This document shows, piece after piece, positions 9,528-18,300 of a DNA stretch of 60,068 nt. The number at the start of each line of letters is the position of its first letter. The first letter of the stretch is position 1. The stretch is from positions 1 to 60,068 of the IMG/VR virus record IMGVR_UViG_3300009509_000023; one strand, given 5' to 3'. The notes under the pieces are model-generated. The model was given only the letters and a program-made list of their open reading frames with translations. It ran no database searches and was not told the DNA's origin. The stretch comes from a virus (Duplodnaviria; Caudoviricetes). Both the position numbers and the translations under genes were made by a program.

Positions 9528-10621
9528 TGCCAGACGACAGATTCAAAGCCCTACTCAACAGCGAGCTGATAGCCAGCGTTCGGAAGAAGTATGGTAAGAA
9601 CATCCTCTCCGTGGCCGATGAGCTTCGGCTGCGGAAGTTGCCGCGCATTTCCACCGGGGCTTTTTTTCTCAACTACGCGCTCGGGGGAGGGTTTCCGTGG
9701 GGCCGGACGAGTATCGTGTGGGGGCACAAGTCGACGGGGAAGACGGTCATCTGTTTGAGGACGCTGGGCAACGCCCAAAAGATGTGCTCATCGTGCTACA
9801 CGGTTCCAGACGAAGAGACGGGAAAATGCGAGTGTGGGAATTTCACCGAGACCGTGTGCGCTTATATTGATCCGGAGGGGTCATGGGATAGAGACTGGGC
9901 TCGACTGCACGGAGTGAACACCGAGAGAGTGTTGCTATCTATTCCAGAGTACGCCGAGCAAACTTTCGATATCGCCGAGGCTCTCCTTCGATCCGGGAAC
10001 ATCGACTTCATGGTCATCGACTCGATCGCATTCATGACTCCAGCGAAAGAGATCGAAGAGAAAACGTCGAAAGTGCTTCCAGGCGAGCAGGCGCGCGTGA
10101 TGGGTCGAGGTGTTCGGAAGTTCGTGGCGGCTTTCAACAACCTCGAGAACACGCTCGGGAGGCGCCCCACATTGCTGTTCACCAATCAGATTCGCATGAA
10201 GATAGGGCTCCTATTCGGAAACCCAGAGACCCAACCTGGAGGTCACGCTGCGGGGTTTTCGGCCACGACTGAGGTGAAGACCTTCGGTGGAAAGTACGAG
10301 ATGGACGAAGTGACCGGGCGCCCGATGCACGTCACGATGGGGTTTCGCGTAGAGAAGAACAAGTCTTTCGACGCGAAAATAGAAGGCGAGTGGCGTCTCA
10401 TGCTTGCCGACTCGACGCTCCATAAAAGAGGTTCGGTATACGAAGAAGAGGCGATGGTGAACATGGGCATAAAGTTGGGCCTCGTGGAGAAGAAGGGGAA
10501 CGGCTGGACATGTCTGGGAGAGAATTACAGGACGAAATCTCTTCTATCGACGACGATAGCGTCAACCCCAGAGCTGAAGAAAAAGTACGGGGGGATTCTG
10601 ATGGAGATACTAACGTCGTAG
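9527..10621 (+). CDS. recA: RecA/UvsX-like recombinase
   Basis: ISTG..LNYALGGGFPWGR, GHKSTGKT, AYIDPE, VIDSIA, QARVM, FTNQIRMKIG..FGNPETQPGG, VEKNK. Confidence 0.93.
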   Translation: MPDDRFKALLNSELIASVRKKYGKNILSVADELRLRKLPRISTGAFFLNYALGGGFPWGRTSIVWGHKSTGKTVICLRTLGNAQKMCSSCYTVPDEETGKCECGNFTETVCAYIDPEGSWDRDWARLHGVNTERVLLSIPEYAEQTFDIAEALLRSGNIDFMVIDSIAFMTPAKEIEEKTSKVLPGEQARVMGRGVRKFVAAFNNLENTLGRRPTLLFTNQIRMKIGLLFGNPETQPGGHAAGFSATTEVKTFGGKYEMDEVTGRPMHVTMGFRVEKNKSFDAKIEGEWRLMLADSTLHKRGSVYEEEAMVNMGIKLGLVEKKGNGWTCLGENYRTKSLLSTTIASTPELKKKYGGILMEILTS

Positions 10622-10659
10622 GTCCCCGACCCAAGGCGTTCGATCAGAATTACGACAAG

Positions 10660-11007
10660 ATGAAGAAGTCTCTCCGAGAGGAGAGAAAGATCGCGAAGAA
10701 GCTCGGAGGAAGGACTTACAGGGGCTCCGGCAACCTACCTTGGTCTAAACACGACTCCGCCACCGCTCGTGGGGACATTTCCACGATAGACCTTCACATC
10801 GAGCACAAGCGTATCGAGCCTTCGACGAAGTCATTATCGGTGAAACGAGAGTGGCTGGAGAAAGTAACTTCCGGAGCCCGGAGAGTGTCGAAGGTGCCGT
10901 CTCTCGTATTGCACTATGAAGGAGCAAAGGGCTACGCGGAGGACTGGCTCATGATGCCTCTAGACGTGGCGCAGCGGCTACTTGCCGTGCTGCAGGAGAA
11001 AGACTGA
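10660..11007 (+). CDS. Holliday junction resolvase-like PD-(D/E)XK nuclease (Hjc type); start uncertain
   Basis: EERKIAKKLGGR..GSG, GDI, IEHK motifs. Confidence 0.65.
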   Translation: MKKSLREERKIAKKLGGRTYRGSGNLPWSKHDSATARGDISTIDLHIEHKRIEPSTKSLSVKREWLEKVTSGARRVSKVPSLVLHYEGAKGYAEDWLMMPLDVAQRLLAVLQEKD

Positions 11008-11339
11008 TGCCCGGAAAGCCAATGCTATTCAAAGACATTGACAAGATGCGCGCGCATCTCGACATATCGGCGCTAGACAGGGTGCGCGTGTTGATGAGTG
11101 CAGAGGATCGAAAACTCCGTGTAGACATGGAGTGCGTTGCCTGCGAAGAGCTGCTAGAATGGGCTCCGGAAAAAGGATGGTGGGTCTGTCCGTCGTGCCA
11201 GCACGAGACGACGGAGAGCGAGGCAGTTGAGTTGTTGCGGGCCTGCCGAGACGGACTGCAGAGCGTATTAGGGGAAGAGACGCCTACGGACGATGGGAAG
11301 GGGATAGGACGATGGATAAGGGAGCTGGTACGAACCTGA
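11007..11339 (+). CDS. Zn-ribbon protein
   Basis: CVAC...CPSC; TGATG coupling to the upstream gene. Confidence 0.65.
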   Translation: MPGKPMLFKDIDKMRAHLDISALDRVRVLMSAEDRKLRVDMECVACEELLEWAPEKGWWVCPSCQHETTESEAVELLRACRDGLQSVLGEETPTDDGKGIGRWIRELVRT

Positions 11340-12163
11340 AGAGAGTCATTCGTCTCGCCATTCCGGAGAATCGTAAACGCCCTCCACACACCGCTGATTC
11401 ATGGATAAGAGTGTCTGGACTTGCGTACCTGTGCGCGCGAGAAGAGGTGCTGTGCTCGCGGCTGCGTAGGGTTCGAGACGATAATATCGACGCCGACCTC
11501 ATGATGATTTTCGAGCACGGACACGGTATGCACTGGGATCTTCAAAATCGTGTGCTGCCGTTGACAGAGGCTCTCTACGGGCGGTGGGTGTGTGCTCGAT
11601 GCGGACAGGTTCACGGCGGAAGAGACGTATGGTTCTCTGACGACATGATGGAGTTTGAAGCCGAGCAGTTGCTTCGCCCTCGAGACTGTCCGAATTGCAA
11701 CGCTCCTTTGGATTCTGGGAATAGCTTGTACATCGAGCAGCATGTGAAGGACAAAAAATACCGACTGATGGGGCATCCGGACGGCTTCCTACGCATGGAG
11801 GGTTTCCCGGGGTTGGGGGTTTTGGAGGTGAAGAGCATAAGTTCTCGAGGCGCATGGGAGGTTCGAGGCTGCCCGAAGCTCGATCACGTCACCCAGGCGC
11901 AGTGCTACATGTGGATGACAGGATGCCGGTGGGGAAAGGTTCTATACTGGGACAAAGGATCGAACGGGATTTCGGCTCTCATCGAGCACACCGTAGAGTA
12001 CGACGAAGATCACGTAGAGGCGATCCAGAACATGGTTAGGGACATCTGGACCGGGGTAGAGAATCCCGATACAAAACTCCCAGAACGTATCTGCGCATCT
12101 CCAGAATGCAATCGAGCGGAGCTATGCTCGTCGGTGGAGGAGTGTTTCGATGCCGCTGCATAA
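11312..12163 (+). CDS. Cas4/RecB-like PD-(D/E)XK exonuclease
   Basis: SGLAYLC (first Cys), GHPDG, LEVKS, QAQCY, C-terminal Cys cluster (CASPEC...C...C). Confidence 0.8.
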   Translation: MDKGAGTNLKRVIRLAIPENRKRPPHTADSWIRVSGLAYLCAREEVLCSRLRRVRDDNIDADLMMIFEHGHGMHWDLQNRVLPLTEALYGRWVCARCGQVHGGRDVWFSDDMMEFEAEQLLRPRDCPNCNAPLDSGNSLYIEQHVKDKKYRLMGHPDGFLRMEGFPGLGVLEVKSISSRGAWEVRGCPKLDHVTQAQCYMWMTGCRWGKVLYWDKGSNGISALIEHTVEYDEDHVEAIQNMVRDIWTGVENPDTKLPERICASPECNRAELCSSVEECFDAAA

Positions 12164-12530
12164 GCCCCTCATCTTCCACCCGAAGGAGCTGCGCCCTTTG
12201 GCCCAGAAACTATGGGACATTGCCTGTGATCGGTGTAATAGACGCCAATCGAGGTGGGAGCTGCCGGACGGAAGAAAGGGGACGCCGCTGTGCTCGATGT
12301 GCTGGCTCTACGAGTCGGAGTGGGCGAAGCCTCGACGAGAAGATCTGGACATGCTAATTCGAGAGGTTGAAATCGAGACAGGGGAGAAGTTCCGGAGGCA
12401 AGAGGACGGTCGTCTGTGGTCGTGCGCGGACGCGGATAGAATACTGGGAGCCATCGCGGTCACGTCGCGCATAGCGCTATATCAGCTGACCGGAATGTTC
12501 GAGTCCAGGAGAGTCGAAGATGAGTCGTGA
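12150..12530 (+). CDS. Hypothetical Cys-containing protein
   Basis: CDRC...CSMC; overlaps both neighbours. Confidence 0.6.
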   Translation: MPLHKPLIFHPKELRPLAQKLWDIACDRCNRRQSRWELPDGRKGTPLCSMCWLYESEWAKPRREDLDMLIREVEIETGEKFRRQEDGRLWSCADADRILGAIAVTSRIALYQLTGMFESRRVEDES

Positions 12531-13083
12531 AGTTTACATAATTGGAACCGATCCTGGATTTGCGTCGTTCGGGCTCTCTGTTATACGACTCACGCCGAAG
12601 TCAGAAGAGGTGATCGAGACAGTCGTTATCCGCACCCAGAAGTCGTCGAAGAAGCTGAACGTGAAGGCGGCCGATGATAATTTTCGTCGCGCTCAGGCCA
12701 TAGCTGCGGCCCTCTACGAACTCGTGAATAAGTGGAAGCCGATGGCGCTCACGGCGGAATCGATGTCGTTTCCTCGGAACGCGAGCGTTGCTGCGAAAGT
12801 TGCAATGGTGTGGGGTATTCTGGCTCTTCTGTGCTATATATTCCAGCTTCCGATGGTCCAGGCTACACCACAAGAAATCAAGAAAACGCTGTGCGATAAC
12901 AAGTCTGCGACAAAGGCTCAGATACAAGAGGCTCTCGAGAGAATGTATCCCAATCAGTTCGAGGAGTTCATTCGATCTACAGCTGCCGGACAATGGGAGC
13001 ATGGGTTTGATGCTGCCGGGTCGGTGGTAGCCTGCATGGATACTGACGTGCTGCGGATGGCACGAGGAATGTGCGAGGAATGA
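12520..13083 (+). CDS. ruvC: RuvC-like Holliday junction resolvase
   Basis: IIGTDPGFASFG, AES, TPQEIKK, ATKAQIQ, HGFDA. Confidence 0.85.
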   Translation: MSREVYIIGTDPGFASFGLSVIRLTPKSEEVIETVVIRTQKSSKKLNVKAADDNFRRAQAIAAALYELVNKWKPMALTAESMSFPRNASVAAKVAMVWGILALLCYIFQLPMVQATPQEIKKTLCDNKSATKAQIQEALERMYPNQFEEFIRSTAAGQWEHGFDAAGSVVACMDTDVLRMARGMCEE

Positions 13084-13406
13084 GAGGGCTCAATAAAGCG
13101 CTTCTCGCGGGAAATGTGTCCCGCGAGATAAATTACGGGAAACTCCCAAGCGGAGGATCTGTTTTGACCTTCACGATGGTGTGTGATCGTCGTCGAGCTG
13201 AAGGCGGGGTTGTGACTGCGTGGGTGAAGGTGAACGTTTACATCGAGTCGCTCATAAAGACGTGCAGAAAAATGCTCAACTGCGGCGGCTATGTTATCGT
13301 GGAAGGCGAATTGATGAACCGAGAGGGGAAGTACGAACAACTCACCGAGGTTCGGGCTAGAGAGATAATTTTCTTGCGGGAGGCCAAGAGTGAGCGCGGC
13401 AATTGA
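13080..13406 (+). CDS. Short SSB/PriB-like OB-fold protein lacking the acidic tail
   Basis: MRGLNKALLAGNV, VIVEGEL, TEVRAREIIFL match the bacterial SSB OB-fold pattern. Confidence 0.8.
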   Translation: MRGLNKALLAGNVSREINYGKLPSGGSVLTFTMVCDRRRAEGGVVTAWVKVNVYIESLIKTCRKMLNCGGYVIVEGELMNREGKYEQLTEVRAREIIFLREAKSERGN

Positions 13407-14298
13407 TTTGAGGGAAATACCCGGGTCTGAATCGTGGGGCGTGAAGATAAGGAGGCGAGCGAGGCGACTCGTAAAAGAGATCGATAGGGGGTATATCGAG
13501 CTGGCTGAAATCATTCACACCGTGTGGGCGACCCCGATAGACGGGAAAGGGCACAACGCCTGCGTGTGTGTCGCGTGGGGCTACGACACCTATGTTCAAT
13601 GGGCGGAGCAAGAACTCGGTCTACACAAAAGGAAGATCGAGCGGCTGAAAGCAATATGGCATCATCTGAACGTGACGCTGGAAGGAAAACTCGACGAGGA
13701 CACGAAGAAGAAAATCCTCGATCTCGGATGGACGAAGGTTCGAGAGCTGATTCGGGTTGTGGATGCCAACAACGTGGACCAATGGGTAGAGATGGCTGAA
13801 CACCTGGACCTAAATGAGCTGAGCGCCGCCATTCGACAGGCTCTAATAGAGCAGCAAAAAGAAGATCAAGCGGCTGACGCTGTTGACGATGATGACGACG
13901 ACGAAGAGTGGCGTGGAGCGGACCCCCCAGAAGAGGTCGGGCGATTCAAACAGCTGAAGTTCTATCTGACGCCAGATCAGAAGGCGAACGTCGAGATGGC
14001 GCTGGATCGAGCGGGGCGCATGGCGGAATCGGAGAGCCCGAACCATTGCCTGGACCTGATTTGCACTGACTTCCTCTCGACGAACGACTTCGGAAGGAAG
14101 AAGGACGGCGAGGCTCACCTGCGGATTCTCGCGAAGTTTGAACGCCTGCTCAACAAGCGGCTGGTGGTCATCGACCCGAAGACGTGGGTGATTGAATATG
14201 GACTCGAGGCGCTTGCCAAGGCGGCTGAGCTTCTCGACAAAGAAAGGGAGATGGACGATGGCGATGACACTTCCGATTCATCCGGAGACGATTCATAG
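13390..14298 (+). CDS. Hypothetical protein, possibly DNA-binding
   Basis: 302 aa; GYDTYVQWAEQELGL and LGWTKVREL motifs; acidic stretches. Confidence 0.65.
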   Translation: MSAAIDLREIPGSESWGVKIRRRARRLVKEIDRGYIELAEIIHTVWATPIDGKGHNACVCVAWGYDTYVQWAEQELGLHKRKIERLKAIWHHLNVTLEGKLDEDTKKKILDLGWTKVRELIRVVDANNVDQWVEMAEHLDLNELSAAIRQALIEQQKEDQAADAVDDDDDDEEWRGADPPEEVGRFKQLKFYLTPDQKANVEMALDRAGRMAESESPNHCLDLICTDFLSTNDFGRKKDGEAHLRILAKFERLLNKRLVVIDPKTWVIEYGLEALAKAAELLDKEREMDDGDDTSDSSGDDS

Positions 14299-14488
14299 CG
14301 AATTGGAGCAGATCGAGGCTCTGGTGACGAAGTGGCGGAAAAAGGTCGGGGCAGGGCTTCCCGGCATTGACCTGCCCGCTCAAGACGCTGAAGAGAAGCT
14401 GGACAACTTTCTGAGAGAGTTCACCGGGGAGCTGCTCTTTGTCGGAGGGAAGTGCAACAACATGGCCCTCATCCTATCCGAACGATGA
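14258..14488 (+). CDS. Small hypothetical protein
   Basis: Fills the gap; ATGA overlap with the ParB-like gene. Confidence 0.5.
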   Translation: MAMTLPIHPETIHSELEQIEALVTKWRKKVGAGLPGIDLPAQDAEEKLDNFLREFTGELLFVGGKCNNMALILSER

Positions 14489-15300
14489 GCGACGAAGAGC
14501 AGTCCAACGTCCGCTTCAAGATGATCGATCCGAAGCTGTTCGATAACAACAGCTGGAACCCGAATCAGATGGACCAGGACGATTACAATCGCCTCGTGAG
14601 GGAGATTGAAGATGTTGGGTTCATCGAGGCAGTTCAGGCGGTCCCGACAGATGGCGGACGCTACATCCTCATCGGAGGCGAGCACCGGGTAGCCGCCGCG
14701 GTCGAGCTGCGCCTTCCCACGATACCGTCCCTGATTCTCGAGGGTCCGAAGTGGCAGGATATCGATCTTCAAAAGCTGGTCACTGTTCGTCTAAATGTGC
14801 TCAAAGGGCAGCTGAATCCGGAGAAGATGGCCATCCTCTATAATCAGATGGCCAAGAAATACGGGGAGGACGCGCTTCAGAACCTCTTCGCCTTCACCGA
14901 CCAACAGGCCTGGGATAAGCTGGTCAGCGGGATCAAGCAAGGTCTGTCTAAAGCCTCGGTTCCAAAAGACAAACAGCAGGAGTTTTCAGAGAAGGCGAAG
15001 GAGGCCAAGACCCTGAAGGATTTGGAGCGCATTCTCAACGAGCTGTGGTCGAGCTACGGCGACACGGTCCAGCTCTCTTTCATGATCTTCACCTACGGAA
15101 AACGCGAGCATATCTATGTGGCCATGGATCGGAAGACCCGATCGGCGATGAAGAAGGTGGCCGACCATTGCAAGGCTCATGCGAAGGATATCAACTCGGT
15201 GCTCGGCCCCGCTATTCAGGCGCTAGCGACCGTCCTCGAGAAAGAGGACTCGGGGGAGAAGAAGGGAGCCGAATCGAAGCAAGATGACGTTGCCTTCTAA
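14485..15300 (+). CDS. ParB/Srx-domain protein
   Basis: WNPN.M, IEDVGFIEAV, YILIGGEHRVAAA; ends DDVAF; no ParA gene nearby. Confidence 0.8.
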   Translation: MSDEEQSNVRFKMIDPKLFDNNSWNPNQMDQDDYNRLVREIEDVGFIEAVQAVPTDGGRYILIGGEHRVAAAVELRLPTIPSLILEGPKWQDIDLQKLVTVRLNVLKGQLNPEKMAILYNQMAKKYGEDALQNLFAFTDQQAWDKLVSGIKQGLSKASVPKDKQQEFSEKAKEAKTLKDLERILNELWSSYGDTVQLSFMIFTYGKREHIYVAMDRKTRSAMKKVADHCKAHAKDINSVLGPAIQALATVLEKEDSGEKKGAESKQDDVAF

Positions 15301-15332
15301 CATGTGGTATTTCTACCTGTACGGAGATCGAC

Positions 15333-18300
15333 ATGAGCATGATGCCGGCAGGAATCCTAATCGAGGCGAAGAAGCCTAACCCCGAGAATTTCGTCCCCGT
15401 CTTCGATTTCAGCTCGAAAGTTGTATGGGTCTGGGTGAAGAACCCCGGAGGCAAGGTTGTCGGGCCCGTAGAGGTGCCTCACAAGAACGTGAATAAGTAC
15501 GCGGGAAAACTGGGCTGGCCTGCAACGAAAATCGAGTACGTGGGGCAGATCGACCCTACCACCTATTCGTCGTGGAAGACCGACATCTTCAATCCGAACT
15601 GGAAGAGCGAGAAAGACCCTGGAGACGAGGATCCTATTGTCGGTGTGTATGCTCCGCCGGTCGTCGCTGAGCCGAAGAAAAAGAAGCCGAAAGGGGCGTC
15701 CAAGGCGTTTCTGCAAGGGCTTGCTTCTCTCTCAGAGCCCGAGCACCCCAAAGAATTCACGCTCACGGGTAAAAAGGACCCGAACGGGCATCCGACGGTC
15801 ATAAATAGTGAGACAGACGAGACTTTCACCGTTCTTCCGAGCGGAGGGTACGGGAAGTGGGAGGACGAAGAGGGAGTTTACTACATAGCGAAAAAATCGA
15901 AGGAAGGCTGGTCCATCCACCTCGATTCCCCGGTGTACGCGCCAGAGGATGTGGTTCTGAAAAAGGAGCCAGAAGCCGCCAAGGAAAAGACCCCTGAAGA
16001 GTTCGAGCTGCCGCCTAACTACTCCGTGTCCAAAGTGGACCCGGACTACGTGATGGCCAAGACTCCGGATGGGACGGAGGTACAGTGGATCAAGATCCTC
16101 AATATGTGGGTCCACGCGGACAACCCGACGAAAGAGCATGACCCGTTGGAGGCCGCTCACACGCCCGAGAAAGCTCCGGAGCCGGAGACGAAGAAGGGGC
16201 AGCCGTCGACGAAGAAGCCGCCACAGAAGGCCGTAGTGGCCTCGGAACCGGAAGAAGAGCCGGCTCTCCTCAAATACACCGGACACGTCGATCCGAACGG
16301 CTTCCCGCTTGTCAACGAATACGATGAAGTAGATGAAGATGAGATTGTGAATATCGAGCTGACGCTTCTTCCAGATGACAGAGCAGCTAGGTGGCGCTCA
16401 TCTTACGGGGACTACCTCCTGTACGAGTATGACCCACACGAGGGCTACATATTTTCGTTATCTGGGGAGACTATGCTCCCAGAGGACGTGAAAGCGTTGA
16501 TGAAGAAGCTGTCTCTGACAGTGAAGAATGGGAAGTACCACAAAGTCTCCTATGCCGGAGCAGAGAAGCCGGAGACACCGAGCTACCAAGTTCCTCTTCC
16601 TGGCCACTGCAAACTCATCGGAAAGAAGGACGCCAACGGCCTTCAGATGGTCGAGACCGTCCCTGAAGATGAAGAGGACGAGGATGTGAAAATCCTGTCC
16701 CTGCTCCCGGACAGCCGTCTCGGGGAATGGGACGAGCAGACCAAGAAGTACCAAATTTGGTCGTGGTTCGCGATCATGGGCTTCTACGACTACTACCCGA
16801 CGCAGCCCTCTGTCTTTGTGGGGCTGAAAGAAGTTCAGAAGCTGATAGCTCAGGTTCCCGCGCCCGCTCCCACGCCGGAGCAGGTTCCGCCTCCACCGCC
16901 ATCCATGCCATACGGAGACTCGAAAAAGAAGTGGTCTTCGAAAGAATTCAAGGCTCTCCAATTCCTTATGAGTCATACGCCGCATTTGAAGGGATACGAT
17001 GTGCAGCCCTACTCGGATCCCAACGGAATGGTGTGGCTGAAAGATAAGCACGACGGCGCGAATCGTACTCTTCTCCCGACCCTAGCAGTGGCTGTTTGGA
17101 ACGGGACAACGTATGAAGCCGTGTCTCCGGACAATTATGGCCTCGTGCATAAGGGAGATTTATTCACGGTCGAGCAGGCCAAAGCACTCAAGGGGAAGGT
17201 CGAAGCGCTCAAAAAAAAGGCAGGCGAGCAAGGTCTTCTCAAGCCGACGGGAGAGACGGACCCGAACGGCTATCCGATCGGCGAGTACAAAAGCGGCACC
17301 TACACCATGCTGCCGGACAATCAGGTCGGAATATGGTTGAACGACAAAGGGTTGTACTCGATCTACGAACTCGATCCAGAGGACGGTTACTATCACCCAA
17401 CATCGAAGGAGTGGCTGGTTCCTGGGAAACACGCTTCGGTAGCCACTGCAAACATATCAGGACTCGATTTAGCTCAGGTGAAGGATAGTGATGGTAACGT
17501 TGCTATTGTTCTACCACACGGGCTGTTTGTCGCTCCGACTCTCACAGGCCCGCACGCAGGACAGTTTGTTCTACAGGCGGTTGACCCGAAAACGAAGCTA
17601 TTCACTCCTACGGATAAAGCTGTATCACCTCAACAGATCAAAGCCGCTTTGGGCGATGCTGACTTCGATGACATGGCGTACAAGTCTCTGAAGCCGACCG
17701 GAGAGGTGGATATCAACGGGCTTCCCACCTACAAAGTGGTGAAAGGGGCGGATGCTGGGAAAAATTTCTCGTTGCTGCCGGATGGGTGGTTTGCGAGTTG
17801 GAGACCGAAGAAGAACGCCTACGTCAAGTTCCAGTTCGTTTCGCTATCGCCCGAATACGACGACTATTGGGAGCCCACAGATAAGTGGGTGCAACTGAGC
17901 GATCTCGACGCTATGTATTTGAAGCAGAGTGAGGTGTCGATTTTAGGTGGCGAAGAAGGCGCGGAAGAGGAAGAGCCCGAGGAGGTCCCAGAGCCGATCC
18001 CAGAGAAGCCTGCTCCGGTGTCGGAGCTGAGCAAAGCGCTCGAAGGAAAACTTCCTGACGTGAGCAAGTTGAAGTACCTTGGGCCCGGGTCGAAATTCGG
18101 TCTTGGTGGCGCGGGGAAGAAGGATATCTACGAGGACAAGTCGACGAAGAAGCGCTACATTTTCAAGCCGGCGTATGTCAAGGGCTCGAAAAAGGTGGAG
18201 GAGTTCCGCGCTCACGCGCAAGAGGCCGCGTCAGCTCTCGCTTTGGCGATTCGCCCAGAGCACGTCCCGGTAAAGATGGTGACCCTCAAAGGCGTTGTCG

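Noticed and set aside
10510-10660. RecA-resolvase fusion by frameshift
   Set aside because: The overlapping frame is open, but the only candidate site (G AAA AAG) is not a full slippery heptamer and I saw no stimulator; more likely just an uncertain start codon.
11312-12163. Cas4-like gene as a sign of CRISPR-Cas
   Set aside because: No repeat-spacer array or other cas genes; solo Cas4/RecB-like nucleases are common in phage recombination modules.
14485-15300. ParABS partition system implying a plasmid prophage
   Set aside because: No ParA in the window and no evident HTH after the ParB domain; solo ParB/Srx domains are common in phages. Lifestyle cannot be determined from this window.
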